A stretch of DNA of 60,812 bases, counting the filler. It is 6 parts of 6 records of this genome, joined end to end, with 100 filler letters (N's around TTAATTAATTAA, not from the genome) between each part and the next. Parts side by side here need not be neighbours in the genome. Positions count along the whole stretch, not along the records: positions 21,772 to 41,653 come from SRR31156797_7625; positions 41,754 to 48,746 come from SRR31156797_7631; 4 more parts are not named here. One strand, 5' to 3'. A program made the position numbers and the translations under genes. The notes under the pieces were generated by a model. That model saw only the letters and a list, made by a program, of their open reading frames with translations, did not search any database and was not told the DNA's origin. Shown one piece after another: positions 31,102 to 41,788 of this stretch (position 1 is its first letter; each line of letters opens with the position of its first letter).

Positions 31102-32142
31102 ATGCCAAAAGAATTGGTGAAGACAGTTAAAGCTGCCGGTTGAGCAGCCAAGATCGCTCCGGGGGACCTGGAGCAGGTTTTGTGCGGACTGGCCGTGGAG
31201 GACGAGCGTCTTCTTACCGGACTGGGGGGGAACGAAGATTCCGCCATAGTCTCTTTTCCTGCGGGTAAGGCATTGGTCCAGACCTTGGATTTTTTCACTC
31301 CGGTGGTCAATGATCCTTACTGGTTTGGGCAGATTGCTGCCGCAAATTCACTTTCTGATGTTTACGCCATGGGTGGTGAACCTTGGACAGCCATGAATAT
31401 TGTCTGTTACCCCATGAAAGAAATGGGGCCGGAGATTCTACGTGAAATCCTCAAGGGCGGCATGGATAAGATACGTGAATCCGGGGCAGTGCTTGCTGGC
31501 GGACATAGCGTAGAGGACGATGAGATCAAGTATGGTCTTTCGGTGACCGGAATGGTTGATCCTGATGGGTTCGCTTCCAATAAAGGATTACGAGAAGGTG
31601 ATCATCTGTTGCTGACCAAGCCTCTTGGGACCGGAGTGTTAGCAACGGCTCTCAAGGCTGACTGGGACGGAGCTGAGCGCTTTGAGAAGGATGTTTACAA
31701 GTGGGCTTCCAAGCTGAACACCGCTGGTGGAAAGGTTATCCGTGATCTGGGCTTGAAAGGTGCCACTGATGTGACCGGGTTCGGTCTTGGCGGGCATGTG
31801 CTGGAAATGGCTGATGCTTCCTGCGTGGCCGTGGAATTGTGGCTTGATAAAGTGCCTTTCATGGAAGATGTGGTCGAGCTGGCTTCCATGGGTATGATCC
31901 CGGCTGGCAGTTTCGCTAATCGTAACTATTGCAGCTCACAAGTGCATGCAGCAGCAGATGCTGACAGTATTATGACTGATCTTGTTTTTGACGCCCAGAC
32001 TTCTGGTGGACTTGTGCTGGCTGTGCCTGAAGATAAATTGCAGCAAGCCAAGGATATGCTTCTCGAAGCAGATGATCTTGCCGCTCATGTGGGGCAGGTT
32101 AAAGCTTATGGAGATGAGGGTGTCCGGCTACGGATTGTTTAA
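31102..32142 (+). CDS. selD: Selenide,water dikinase; selenoprotein (UGA = Sec at 31141-31143)
   Basis: ATG 31102 gives MPKELVKTVKAAG-U-AAKIAPGDL, in frame with the 31180 ORF; 'DFFTPVV', 'GGHS', 'DVTGFGL', 'DAQTSGGL'. Confidence 0.93.
31156..31174 (+). promoter_or_regulatory. Bacterial SECIS hairpin
   Basis: GCTCCGGG-GGA-CCTGGAGC stem-loop starting 12 nt after the UGA, with G in the apical loop. Confidence 0.75.
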
Positions 32143-32166
32143 GGTGTATTCTTTTTTGAAAAGACA

Positions 32167-32205
32167 AAAGGCGCAGGTTGTCGCAAACCTGCGCCTTTCT
32201 TTTTT
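32167..32205. terminator. Intrinsic terminator after selD
   Basis: aaaggcgcaggtt/aacctgcgccttt stem plus T-tract. Confidence 0.8.
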
Positions 32206-32242
32206 ATGAGGAGGAATTGGCGATTCCTTTATATGAAATTTT

Positions 32243-32464
32243 TTAAGCAGACCCCCGGCTGTTGGTAACAGCTTGAATAAGCTCCGCATTGGCATTGTAG
32301 ACAGGTGAAGAAATTATCCTCACCAGCTCACGGTGCATGTCTGGGTCCGCAAATGCCTTTCGCTGCAGTCTTTTCTTCTGCAGGTTCTTCATAGAGTTCG
32401 CAAGATCATCGTCCTTTACGGGCGGTGCCTGTGAAACCTTGTTGAGTTCGGTTCCGTTTGACAT
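32243..32464 (-). CDS. Hypothetical protein (73 aa)
   Basis: GGAGG RBS upstream; no family recognised. Confidence 0.6.
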   Translation of the reverse strand: MSNGTELNKVSQAPPVKDDDLANSMKNLQKKRLQRKAFADPDMHRELVRIISSPVYNANAELIQAVTNSRGSA

Positions 32465-32580
32465 TGTATACCTCCATCCTTGGAAGTTATAAATGATAGT
32501 TTATAAAAGAACATGATTCCTGTTTATAACTCTTATCGGACAGCGGAAGGTTTACTTTAGGGGCTTAATGCAGAAATAAT

Positions 32581-32622
32581 AAAAAAGCCCGGAGCATGAT
32601 GCATGCTCCGGGCTTAATTTTT
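32581..32622. terminator. Intrinsic terminator after hemC
   Basis: aagcccggagcatg/catgctccgggctt stem with A/T tracts. Confidence 0.8.
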
Positions 32623-32642
32623 TATATTCGTTTAACTTGTGC

Positions 32643-33569
32643 TTAGCACTTGTCATAGACGCGATCGAGAATTTCCTTGGCTCCTGCGGCCAGAACTTCC
32701 TCTGCAAGGGCAAGGCCGATATTCCATGCATCATCAGCAGGGCCTGTTTTTTCCATGCGGATGGGGCTGGAACCATCAATATCGGCAACAAATCCGGTCA
32801 ATTTGACCTGATCTCCCTCAAGCTGGGACCATGCTGCGATGGGAACCTGACAGCCGCCGTCAAGGCCGGTCAGGAAGCCTCGTTCGGCTTTAACCTGACG
32901 AGCAGTTATTCCGTCATGCAGGAAGGCGAGAATATCCTGAATCTCAGTGTCCTCAATACGGTATTCAATGCCCAGCGCACCCTGCGCTACTGCGGGCAGG
33001 AAGGTCGGGGGACCGAGGATTTCGCTTTTGGGAGCGGAAAGATTGAGCCTGTTCAGTCCGGCTGTTGCAACCACGATGGCGTCGAATTCGCCGTCGAGAA
33101 GTTTGCGTACGCGGGTATCAAGGTTGCCGCGCAGAGATTCGATTTTCAGGTCATTGCGAAGGGCCAGAACTTGAGATTGGCGCCGTAGGCTGCTGGTACC
33201 CACGACAGCTCCGGCGGGCAGATCCTTGAGGGAATCGTATTTCACGGAAAGTAGGGTGTCGGTTTCTGCTTCGCGCGGAGGAATGATGCCTACTTCAAGC
33301 CCCTCAGGAAGTTCGGTGGGAACGTCCTTCATGCTGTGTACGGCGAGGTCGGCACGTCCATCAAGCAGTGCTTCTTCGATTTCTTTTACGAAAAGGCCTT
33401 TGCCGCCCACTTTTGCCAGCGGAACGTCCAGAATCTTGTCGCCCTTGGTTTTGATCTTGAGCAGTTGAACTTCGATTCCGGGATACTCTTCACGCAGAAG
33501 GTCGGAAATATGGTTGGCCTGCCAGAGGGCAAGTTTGCTGCCGCGTGTTGCGATGGTAATTTTTCTCAT
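32643..33569 (-). CDS. hemC: Hydroxymethylbilane synthase
   Basis: '[12 protein letters not shown]', '[10 protein letters not shown]', 'AVHSMKD', 'GTSSLRR'. Confidence 0.97.
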   Translation of the reverse strand: MRKITIATRGSKLALWQANHISDLLREEYPGIEVQLLKIKTKGDKILDVPLAKVGGKGLFVKEIEEALLDGRADLAVHSMKDVPTELPEGLEVGIIPPREAETDTLLSVKYDSLKDLPAGAVVGTSSLRRQSQVLALRNDLKIESLRGNLDTRVRKLLDGEFDAIVVATAGLNRLNLSAPKSEILGPPTFLPAVAQGALGIEYRIEDTEIQDILAFLHDGITARQVKAERGFLTGLDGGCQVPIAAWSQLEGDQVKLTGFVADIDGSSPIRMEKTGPADDAWNIGLALAEEVLAAGAKEILDRVYDKC

Positions 33570-33602
33570 TGTTCCGCCGTTATGTTTGAAATTTATAATG
33601 AT

Positions 33603-33857
33603 CTAACTGCCGCAGGAAGAACAGTCGCCGCCGGAGCATCCGGCACATGCACTGCTGGAAGATGTGCTCGGAGCTGGAGCGGCTCCGAAATCGGCCATGT
33701 CCGGTGCTCCGCCGCCGGTCTTGAATTTACAGGCGGACATGAGTTTGTCGGTGTTCTCGGATTTACATTCCGGGCAAGGGGGGCATTCGTCGCGGTTGAA
33801 AACCAGTTCCTCGAATTCCTTGCCGCAGTCAGCGCATTTATATTCGAAAATAGGCAT
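33603..33857 (-). CDS. FmdB-family zinc-ribbon protein
   Basis: 'MPIFEYKCADCG..FE...CPEC.S', Cys-rich tail. Confidence 0.88.
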   Translation of the reverse strand: MPIFEYKCADCGKEFEELVFNRDECPPCPECKSENTDKLMSACKFKTGGGAPDMADFGAAPAPSTSSSSACAGCSGGDCSSCGS

Positions 33858-33988
33858 TTATTCTTTACTCCGTGCTTTGAAATATCATGTGCGAAAAATT
33901 GCATAGCCCAAATTGTCAGGCGGGGCAATGTCTCGGCTACATATAAGTACGCTTGGAGATATGGCAAGACTCACTGAGTAGGCCGTAG

Positions 33989-34978
33989 TTAATTATTCAA
34001 TAAATTTCTGATGGACTCCATGATTTCCTTTCGGGCATGAGAAGCAATGATGATTACATTAGCTCTATCCTGTGCACAAGTTAGTGGGCTCATGACCGGG
34101 TAACCATCGAGTTTTGTACCCTGCATTGCGGGATTGCTGTCCAGAAAGCCTAGAAAATGTCGTGGTTTAGTTCTTTGTACCAAATGCTGGTAATGGAGTT
34201 CATATTGACCTCCGGTTCCCCAGATATAAAAACGGTCATCAGGCAAGGCCCAGAGATTAACCATTTCCAGTTGTTTCAGTTCGTGAAGGGTTCCGCTGCC
34301 GTCAATACTAACCGCAAACATGTCGTAGTAGACCTGATTTTCGTAATTGTCGGGAATAAATTTGCTGCGCATCTTCACAAGATCGGGCTTTTCAAAGACG
34401 TAATTTTCCACATCCAGCGGTTTATGATTGGCATCTTTACGGGCAATCAGGAAACTGTCCCGGGTTTCATACCAGACATCCGGGGCATTGGCTGGGGCTG
34501 CGGCAGATGAAGCATGGAGCACTTCAAGTCCGGCATAGCGGGCCATGGCAGCCATGCCGTCGGCAAAGAAGCGGTAACAGTCCACCGGGCAGGCATGATA
34601 GGCAACTCCGAAGGGGCCGGGGACGACGATTGAAAGCAGTCCACCGGGTTTGAGCACCCGTGCTATTTCTTTCATTGTTTCCCAGAAAAATTCAATATGC
34701 TCAAAGACTTGCCCGGAAATAGCCACATCAAAAGAATTGTCTCCCAGTTCCCGCCAGCAGTACGGATTTTTCACCGCAATATCCACGTTGGGCCCTGCGA
34801 TCATGTCCAGACCAGTATAGCTGAAGTTGCCTTCTACAAACAATGGGCGGTAGGTTTGTAACGGATCGTCTTTGTTGACTGCGCAGCTGCCGATATCCAA
34901 CACGGACAAATTCCGTTCTGGGGAGTTGCAGTAGTTTTCAACAAACCATTGCATGCGGGCATAGGAACTTTTGTGCAT
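33989..34978 (-). CDS. Class I SAM methyltransferase with C-terminal Rossmann-like domain
   Basis: 'VLDIGS', 'GLDMIAGPNVD', 'SGQVFEHI', 'RVLKPGG'; C-terminal 'IWGTG...GFLDSN'. Confidence 0.8.
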   Translation of the reverse strand: MHKSSYARMQWFVENYCNSPERNLSVLDIGSCAVNKDDPLQTYRPLFVEGNFSYTGLDMIAGPNVDIAVKNPYCWRELGDNSFDVAISGQVFEHIEFFWETMKEIARVLKPGGLLSIVVPGPFGVAYHACPVDCYRFFADGMAAMARYAGLEVLHASSAAAPANAPDVWYETRDSFLIARKDANHKPLDVENYVFEKPDLVKMRSKFIPDNYENQVYYDMFAVSIDGSGTLHELKQLEMVNLWALPDDRFYIWGTGGQYELHYQHLVQRTKPRHFLGFLDSNPAMQGTKLDGYPVMSPLTCAQDRANVIIIASHARKEIMESIRNLLNN

Positions 34979-35045
34979 GGCTTCTCCATTTTAAATTATA
35001 TTCAACTTTGCGTTTATATTGCACTCTCCGAATGATGTCGATGGC

Positions 35046-35083
35046 AAAAAAAAGTCCCGCAAGCTATTTGCTTGCGGGGCTTT
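35046..35083 (-). terminator. Intrinsic terminator after lon
   Basis: aaagtcccgcaagc/gcttgcggggcttt stem with an A-tract. Confidence 0.75.
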
Positions 35084-35104
35084 GATTTAATCATCATCGA
35101 TTGA

Positions 35105-37624
35105 TTACTTTGTCTTGGCAATAGGCCAGACTTCATCAATACGTTCGATGGGGGTGATCTCAATTTTTTTCAGAAGTTCTTCGGGAATGTCTTCAAGATC
35201 CTTCTGGTTTTGGGAGGGAATAAGTACCCGTTTCATACCCAGAGATACGGCAGCAAGGATTTTTTCCTTGATACCGCCAACAGGCAGCACGCGACCGCGC
35301 AGGGATATTTCCCCGGTCATGGCCAGTTCCGGGTCCGCCGGGGTTCCGGTCAGAGCGGAAACAAGAGCGGTGACCAAGGTTACACCTGCCGACGGGCCGT
35401 CCTTGGGAGTAGCTCCGTCGGGTACGTGGATGTGCAGATCCTGCTCTTCGTGGAATTTGGAACTGATACCGTATTCTTCAGCATGGCGGCGGGCAAAGGA
35501 TACCGCAGCCTGTGCAGATTCCTTCATAACATCACCGAGCTGGCCGGTCAGAAGCTGCTTGCCTTTACCGGGCATGGCTGAGACTTCGACATGCAGCACT
35601 GTGCCGCCGACAGGAGTCCATGCAAGGCCTAGGGCCACACCTGCGGGAAGTTCGTTTTCCTTCTCATCTTCAAGATGTTTGGGAATACCGAGGTATTTGT
35701 GCAGGTTGTCAGCGGTGACTTCAAATGGGCCGTTTTCGCCTTCAGCCTTTTTACGGGCCAGTTTGCGGCATACGGAACCTACCTCACGTTCAAGGTTACG
35801 CAGCCCGGCTTCACGGGTGTATTCTTTGATGATCTTGCCGATGATTTCATCAGCCATGATCATTTCGTCTTCCTTGAGACCGTTTTCCTTGCACTGGCGT
35901 CCGAGAATGTAACGCTTGGCAATATTGATCTTATCGTATTCTGTGTAGCCGGGAATGCGGATAACTTCCATGCGGTCCAGCAGGGGACGGGGAATGGAAT
36001 CCAGCACGTTGGCGGTGCAGATGAACATGACCTTGGAAAGATCGTAAGGTACGTTCAGGTAATGGTCGGTAAAGGAGTTATTCTGTTCCGGGTCCAGTAC
36101 TTCCAGCAGAGCAGAAGAAGGATCACCGCGGAAATCGGAACCAAGCTTGTCGATCTCATCGAGCATGATCACCGGGTTGCGGGTGCCGCACTGTTTGATG
36201 CCCTGAATGATGCGTCCGGGCATGGAACCGATGTAGGTCCGACGGTGTCCGCGAATTTCGGCTTCATCGCGCATACCGCCAAGGGACATGCGATGGAACT
36301 TGCGTTTCAGGCTGCGCGCAATGGAGCGTCCCAGCGAAGTTTTACCGACACCCGGAGGGCCCACAAAGCAGAGGATGGGGCCTTTCATGGACGGGTTCAG
36401 CTTGCGCACACTCAGGTATTCGAGGATGCGTTCCTTGACCTTTTCAAGATCGTAGTGGTCTTCATCGAGAATCTTCTTGGCGTCGATGATGTCGAGACGG
36501 TCTCGGGACTGCTTGGTCCACGGAATTTCGATCATCCAGTCAAGATAAGTGCGGATGACTGTGGCCTCGGATGCTTCAGGGTGCATGGCTTCAAGGCGGC
36601 GGAGCTGTTTCTCAGCTTCCTTGCGTACTTCCTTGGGCATCTTGGCTTTAGCGATGGCTGCGCGGATTTCTTCGGCTTCCTCAGCTTCATCTGTAGATTC
36701 GCCAAGTTCTTTCTTGATGGCCTTGAGCTGTTCGCGCAGGTAGAAATCTTTTTGAGCCTTGTCCATACCTTCTTTAGCCATGGACTGGATTTTGTTCTGC
36801 ATGGAAGCTACTTCCACTTCCTGAGTGAGCTGTGTGTTGACCAGTGTCAGCCGTTCAACAGGCTCACCGCACTCAAGGATGGACTGGGCCACATCAACTT
36901 TCATGCGCAGGTTGGAAGCGATAAGGTCCGCAAGACGGCCCGGTTCGTCAACGCTGTTGAGTACACTCATGATGTCAGCAGATGAGATGCCGCGCAGGGT
37001 CAGTATTTTTTCGCTCTGCTCACGGGAGGAGCGAACCAGTGCTTCCTGAGTGGCATCCAATTCGCCTGATTCTGCTTCGGGAATAGCTTCAATCTCAGCG
37101 ATATGGAAAGGCTCGGAGCCGATGAATCTTTTGATCCTGGCTCGGGAAACACCCTGCACCAGCACTTTCAAGCGGCCGTCAGGCATCTTGAGCATGCGCA
37201 TGATCATACATACTGTTCCAGTCAGGTAAAGGTCTTCGTGTTCGGGGTTTTCAACGCTCTCGTCCTTCTGGGTCAGGACCATGACATAGCGATTGCCGGT
37301 CATGGCTGCTTCTACTGCGTTGACGGATTTTTCACGGCCCACGAAAAGCGGCAGGATCATGTAGTTGAAGACAACAATATCACGGACAGCCAGCACCGGA
37401 AGGGTGGTGGGAATATCCACATGGGCATCTTCAGGGATAGAGCCTGCATCTTCCAGCAGGTCGGCTGCATCATGCAGTACGTTCAGCGGGGAAACCGGGG
37501 GTTTATTGAGGCCCTGATCATTGCCAGCGTCAGGAGTGGAGTCCTGTGGCACTTTTTTTTGAGCTTCCGCTTTGTCTTTCTTGTTCAACTTCAGCGGCTT
37601 GATGGGTGATTTCTTTTTCTTCAA
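35105..37624 (-). CDS. lon: ATP-dependent protease La
   Basis: 'GPPGVGKTS', '[10 protein letters not shown]', catalytic 'PKDGPSAG'. Confidence 0.97.
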   Translation of the reverse strand: MKKKKSPIKPLKLNKKDKAEAQKKVPQDSTPDAGNDQGLNKPPVSPLNVLHDAADLLEDAGSIPEDAHVDIPTTLPVLAVRDIVVFNYMILPLFVGREKSVNAVEAAMTGNRYVMVLTQKDESVENPEHEDLYLTGTVCMIMRMLKMPDGRLKVLVQGVSRARIKRFIGSEPFHIAEIEAIPEAESGELDATQEALVRSSREQSEKILTLRGISSADIMSVLNSVDEPGRLADLIASNLRMKVDVAQSILECGEPVERLTLVNTQLTQEVEVASMQNKIQSMAKEGMDKAQKDFYLREQLKAIKKELGESTDEAEEAEEIRAAIAKAKMPKEVRKEAEKQLRRLEAMHPEASEATVIRTYLDWMIEIPWTKQSRDRLDIIDAKKILDEDHYDLEKVKERILEYLSVRKLNPSMKGPILCFVGPPGVGKTSLGRSIARSLKRKFHRMSLGGMRDEAEIRGHRRTYIGSMPGRIIQGIKQCGTRNPVIMLDEIDKLGSDFRGDPSSALLEVLDPEQNNSFTDHYLNVPYDLSKVMFICTANVLDSIPRPLLDRMEVIRIPGYTEYDKINIAKRYILGRQCKENGLKEDEMIMADEIIGKIIKEYTREAGLRNLEREVGSVCRKLARKKAEGENGPFEVTADNLHKYLGIPKHLEDEKENELPAGVALGLAWTPVGGTVLHVEVSAMPGKGKQLLTGQLGDVMKESAQAAVSFARRHAEEYGISSKFHEEQDLHIHVPDGATPKDGPSAGVTLVTALVSALTGTPADPELAMTGEISLRGRVLPVGGIKEKILAAVSLGMKRVLIPSQNQKDLEDIPEELLKKIEITPIERIDEVWPIAKTK

Positions 37625-37809
37625 CGCAAAATCCTTTCGTTCAGAAGTGGTTCGTTCTCTATTTAAAAAGCATCAAATTTCCGGCCCCGTACCGAAATGG
37701 CCAGGGCCGGAAAGCTTATTAATCTGTTTTATCAGATCCGGACTGTACTTTGTCCGTGAATCTGATGTGGTCTTTGCCAAAATAAACAAGATTATTTTGG
37801 GGTGTCCCA

Positions 37810-38082
37810 CTAGCGAATTTCAAATCCCTTATGCTCGGTATCGTAATCCATCCATTCGCACTTCACATCAGTAACCTGTGAAAGAGGAGGACCGACCAGC
37901 AGACGGGTTCGCATTTCAGCAACTTTTGTTTCGTCGCCCTGCAGTAGTACTTCAATCTTGCCGTCGTCCAGATTTCGCACCCAGCCGTTGAGGTTTAGCG
38001 CTGCAGCCTGGTCGTTTACCCAGGCCCGGAAGAATACTCCCTGCACCTTGCCGGTAACAACACAATGATAGCTTCTGGTCAT
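37810..38082 (-). CDS. acyP: Acylphosphatase
   Basis: 'GKVQGVFFR', 'GWVRN'. Confidence 0.92.
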   Translation of the reverse strand: MTRSYHCVVTGKVQGVFFRAWVNDQAAALNLNGWVRNLDDGKIEVLLQGDETKVAEMRTRLLVGPPLSQVTDVKCEWMDYDTEHKGFEIR

Positions 38083-38109
38083 AGGCCCCTCCTTTTAAGT
38101 TGAGGTGAA

Positions 38110-38787
38110 CTACAAATATCCTGCTTCCTTGAAGCTGTGGAACCTGTCTGCGGTCACGATGACGTGGTCCAGCAGGCGTATTTCCATATCCTGACAGAGG
38201 GCGGCTATTTCCATAGTTCTCTCTGTGTCTTCTGGAGATGGAGATGGGTCCCCGCCGGGATGGTTATGAGTCAGAATTACTCCGCTGGCATTGTGGCGCA
38301 GGGCAAGTGCCACAATCTCTCGCGGATATACTGCGGTCTTGTCCACAGTGCCTTCCGACAGCCTTTCCCAGCATATCACTTTGTTACGGTTGTTGACCAG
38401 TGCAATCCAGAATTCCTCTTTGGATAAATTACCTATCCGGGCCATGGCTGCTTTGAAGACAATATCCGGTGAGGATATCGGCTCCTTGCCGTTCATGGGT
38501 TCCTCGGCAATTCTGGTCCAGAATTCACGCATAAGCGTGAAAAATATCAAAACCCCTGGTCCAATACCCTTGAACTTTTTAAGTTGTTCTTCAGGTGCTC
38601 TGAACACTCCGCCTAGACTTCCGAACTCAACTAGGAGTTCCTTAGCAAGAGGCTTGGTATCCTGCCTTGGCAGAACCTGCCCAAGGAGTAGTTCCAGAAT
38701 CTCATAATCAGCAAGACTGGTTGCGTCTTTGCCTAGTTTTTCTTTCAGCCGCTGACGGTGACCGTGGTAATGAGGTTTATCCTTCAT
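38110..38787 (-). CDS. radC: RadC-family JAB-domain protein
   Basis: 'HYHGHRQRL', 'VYPRE', 'HNHPGGDPSPS..D', 'LLDHVIV'. Confidence 0.92.
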   Translation of the reverse strand: MKDKPHYHGHRQRLKEKLGKDATSLADYEILELLLGQVLPRQDTKPLAKELLVEFGSLGGVFRAPEEQLKKFKGIGPGVLIFFTLMREFWTRIAEEPMNGKEPISSPDIVFKAAMARIGNLSKEEFWIALVNNRNKVICWERLSEGTVDKTAVYPREIVALALRHNASGVILTHNHPGGDPSPSPEDTERTMEIAALCQDMEIRLLDHVIVTADRFHSFKEAGYL

Positions 38788-39013
38788 AATAAATAGTAAG
38801 TATGCTTTGGCAAGTAGTACAGTTCCGATCGGGGCCTGAATCAGATAAAAGGATGAGAAACCGACGGACGGAATTTCTTCTTGAAGAGATAAACCGGATG
38901 CAGGTGCAAAGCAACCTGTTTAACGTCTAAAATGATGTAAAACAGGCTCAAAAACACAAAAAACGTGCAAAAATGATCGTTTTACACGGTTTAAAAGTTC
39001 TTTTTTGATTGAG

Positions 39014-39994
39014 TCAGCGTCTGCGTTGTGGAGGAGCGAAAAGGGAGGTTAGAGAGGCCACCAGCAGTTCAAGGGCTTGTTCCGGCTTGCGCTGCCCGGT
39101 CTTGATGCCTATTTCAGCTTCCATGACAATGTCAAAAAGTCTGGCAATGCGGGTCGGACCTAAGCGCTGGGCAAGTGCCTGTTTCTGTTTCTTCACGAAA
39201 GGAGGCAAACGTACCTCTGATTCCTCTCCATGGATCATCATCCACAAGGTGCGTGCTTCGCGGGTCAGGGATGCGGTCAGCATGAAGATCATGGAATCTT
39301 TTTCGCTATGGTTGGTCAGCACTCTGCGCCAGATTTCTACCGGGTCACCGCCTTCAGACATGGAACGCATGAAGGCGAAGAAGTCCATCTCTTCGGAATG
39401 GGCGATCAGTCCCACGTGTTCCATGAGAATTTTACGTTCAGGACCGGCAGCCAAGTCCAGTTTGTCCAGCTCAAGCCTTGCCGCGCGGGCATCTTTAGGC
39501 AGGGCTTGGGAGAGAGCGTTCAGGACCGGACTGTCAATGTGCAGTCCGTTGGCTCTGGCCCATTTGCCCACAAAGCCGGAAATGGATTTTTGATCCAGAC
39601 CTGCTGACTTCCAGAACCATTTCTGTTTATCAGCAAATTTCCAGCATTTACGCTTCTTGAGCACTGCCGGCACAGGCGGTGTTTTGCTTTTCCATTGGCT
39701 TTCAAGGCAGATGAAAAGAAATGATGAGCTTGCAAGGGAAGCAACTGTTTTATCAATATTATCCCAGACCGCAGCCTTGAGTTTATGTGCACGACGCAGG
39801 ATAACAACCTTGCTGGACCCGAAAAGGGTCTGCAAAGTCAGGTCGTCCCAGAATTGTGGGGGCAGGTCTTCGTCCGCCCAATATACTTTTTTCTCGTAAT
39901 CAGTGGCCCCGTGCTTTTCTTGCAGTTCGGCAATGTTGGCATGGAGCAGTTCTGCATCAGGGCAGATGAGAAACATGTATCCGGGTCTGGACAT
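39014..39994 (-). CDS. holA: DNA polymerase III subunit delta
   Basis: Position after leuS-lptE; 'LQTLFGS', 'ELDKL', 'EIGIKTG'. Confidence 0.8.
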   Translation of the reverse strand: MSRPGYMFLICPDAELLHANIAELQEKHGATDYEKKVYWADEDLPPQFWDDLTLQTLFGSSKVVILRRAHKLKAAVWDNIDKTVASLASSSFLFICLESQWKSKTPPVPAVLKKRKCWKFADKQKWFWKSAGLDQKSISGFVGKWARANGLHIDSPVLNALSQALPKDARAARLELDKLDLAAGPERKILMEHVGLIAHSEEMDFFAFMRSMSEGGDPVEIWRRVLTNHSEKDSMIFMLTASLTREARTLWMMIHGEESEVRLPPFVKKQKQALAQRLGPTRIARLFDIVMEAEIGIKTGQRKPEQALELLVASLTSLFAPPQRRR

Positions 39995-40015
39995 GGAATT
40001 CCTTAAAAGAAAAAA

Positions 40016-40513
40016 TTAATAAGCCTGATTCATGCGGTCTACGAGACGACGGACCATGAGTTTGGTGACCAGCTGCTGGGTCTCGTCTTCCTGGCCGGTG
40101 TAGTAGGACTCGGTCACTTCAATGGGGCCGGAGCTCCAGATCAGGGCTCCATCGGATGAGCTGGTGACAGTCATCTGCACCTTGAGGGTCATGTCATATT
40201 TCAGGGTCACGTCCTGGTCGCCGAGAATACGGCTGCCGTCGGAAAGTTCCAGAATCCTGATGTTGATGAGCGCCTCGGCTTTGGACTTATCTGTCCAGGC
40301 CAGCTGTCCGCGGCGGGTAATCTCATCACGGAGCATGGAGCGGATCTTAGGCTCCAGCCAGCGTTCGAGGGTGGGGTTTTCCACTTTAGCAATGGCAACT
40401 TCGCGAAATTGTTCACTGACCCTGTTAGGTTCAGTGGCAGAGTTATGGTAGCCGCAGGCGGAGATAGCAAAAACAACACAGAGAAGTAACATCAAATTTT
40501 TAACAGATTTCAT
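40016..40513 (-). CDS. lptE: LPS assembly lipoprotein LptE
   Basis: Lipobox 'ISACGY'; conserved leuS-lptE-holA order. Confidence 0.8.
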   Translation of the reverse strand: MKSVKNLMLLLCVVFAISACGYHNSATEPNRVSEQFREVAIAKVENPTLERWLEPKIRSMLRDEITRRGQLAWTDKSKAEALINIRILELSDGSRILGDQDVTLKYDMTLKVQMTVTSSSDGALIWSSGPIEVTESYYTGQEDETQQLVTKLMVRRLVDRMNQAY

Positions 40514-40592
40514 AACAACCACAGTCCTATCTCCTTGTCTCAGCTTTAATAAACGAAGCGGCGAAGCCATAATAAAAAGTTTGGAAGGGAGA

Positions 40593-40635
40593 GACCAGAG
40601 AGGGAAACTTTTTCCAAAAGTTTCCCTCTCTGGTC
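40593..40635. repeat. Perfect 20-bp hairpin (REP-like)
   Basis: gaccagagagggaaactttt-tcc-aaaagtttccctctctggtc. Confidence 0.85.
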
Positions 40636-40644
40636 CCAGAAGGG

Positions 40645-41653
40645 CTAATTTGCAACAATATTAATCAACTTACCGGGGACTACGATAACCTTGCGGATGG
40701 TCTTGCCATCAGTGTGCTTGGTCACGTTTTCGTGGGCAAGTGCAGTCTTTTCGATTTCTTCTTTGGAAGCGGCAGCAGGCACGGAGAGTTTTCCGCGCAT
40801 TTTGCCGTTCACCTGAATGATGATCAGGATTTCGTCGGTTACAAGCGCATTTTCATCATGCTCGGGCCATGCTGCTTCAGCGATGTAGCCTTCGTAACCC
40901 ATGGCTGCCCAGAGTTCTTCGCAGATGTGCGGGGCAATGGGGGAAAGCACGGTAAGTACTGTGCTGTATGCTGAAGATAGTGCGAAACGGCCGTCTTCGC
41001 TTTCCATGAGTTTGTCTTTGAGAGAGTACATCTCGTTGACCAGTTCCATGGTGGCGGCAATGACGGTGTTGAACTGGAATTTATTTTCCATGTCACGGCT
41101 GGCGCGCTTGACGGTCTCATGTTCTTTGAGGCGCAGTTTCTTGGCATCGGAAGAGAGTTCCATGGAAGGTTTGGCACATGCGCCTGTTGCGCTGAGCTTA
41201 CCTTCGAACTCTTCTGCCAGCCTCCAGATTCTGTTCAGAAAGCGGTGCGCTCCTTCCAGACCCTGATCAGACCATTCGAGGTCTTTTTCAGGCGGGGAGG
41301 CAAAGAGGATGAACAATCTGGTAGCATCAGCACCATATTTATTGATCATGGCATTGGGGTCGACCACGTTGCCCTTGGATTTGGACATCTTTGCGCCGTC
41401 TTTGAGAACCATGCCCTGAGTGAGCAGATTCTTGAACGGTTCGCTGAGCTGGGTGTAACCTTCGTCGCGCAGTATCTTGGTGAAGAATCTTGCGTAGAGC
41501 AGGTGCAGGATGGCGTGCTCGATTCCGCCGATGTACTGGTCAACGGGTGTCCAGTATTCGAGAGATTTGCTGTCAAAAGGAGCATCTGCCTTGCGGGAAT
41601 CGGTGTAGCGCATGAAGTACCATGAGGATTCCACAAAGGTATCCATGGTATCG
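40645..41653 (-). CDS. leuS: Leucine--tRNA ligase, 3' part
   Basis: 'DTMDTFVESSWY', 'GGIEHAILHLLYARF', KMSKS. Confidence 0.97.
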
Positions 41654-41753
41654 NNNNNNNNNNNNNNNNNNNNNNNNNNNNNNNNNNNNNNNNNNNNTTA
41701 ATTAATTAANNNNNNNNNNNNNNNNNNNNNNNNNNNNNNNNNNNNNNNNNNNN
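41654..41753. other. Artificial contig linker
   Basis: N-TTAATTAATTAA-N. Confidence 0.98.
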
Positions 41754-41788
41754 CCCTTTATCAAAGGGGATTTAGGGGATTTCATGTT

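Noticed and set aside
35115-37609. Long plus-strand ORFs (265, 436, 168 aa) opposite lon
   Set aside because: Antisense shadows of a GC-rich conserved gene.
35105-38787. lon/radC as part of the BREX or a mobile island
   Set aside because: Different contig, in ordinary core-gene context (leuS-lptE-holA-radC-acyP-lon).
38788-39013. Possible sRNA between radC and holA
   Set aside because: Only weak short stems; no recognisable RNA family.
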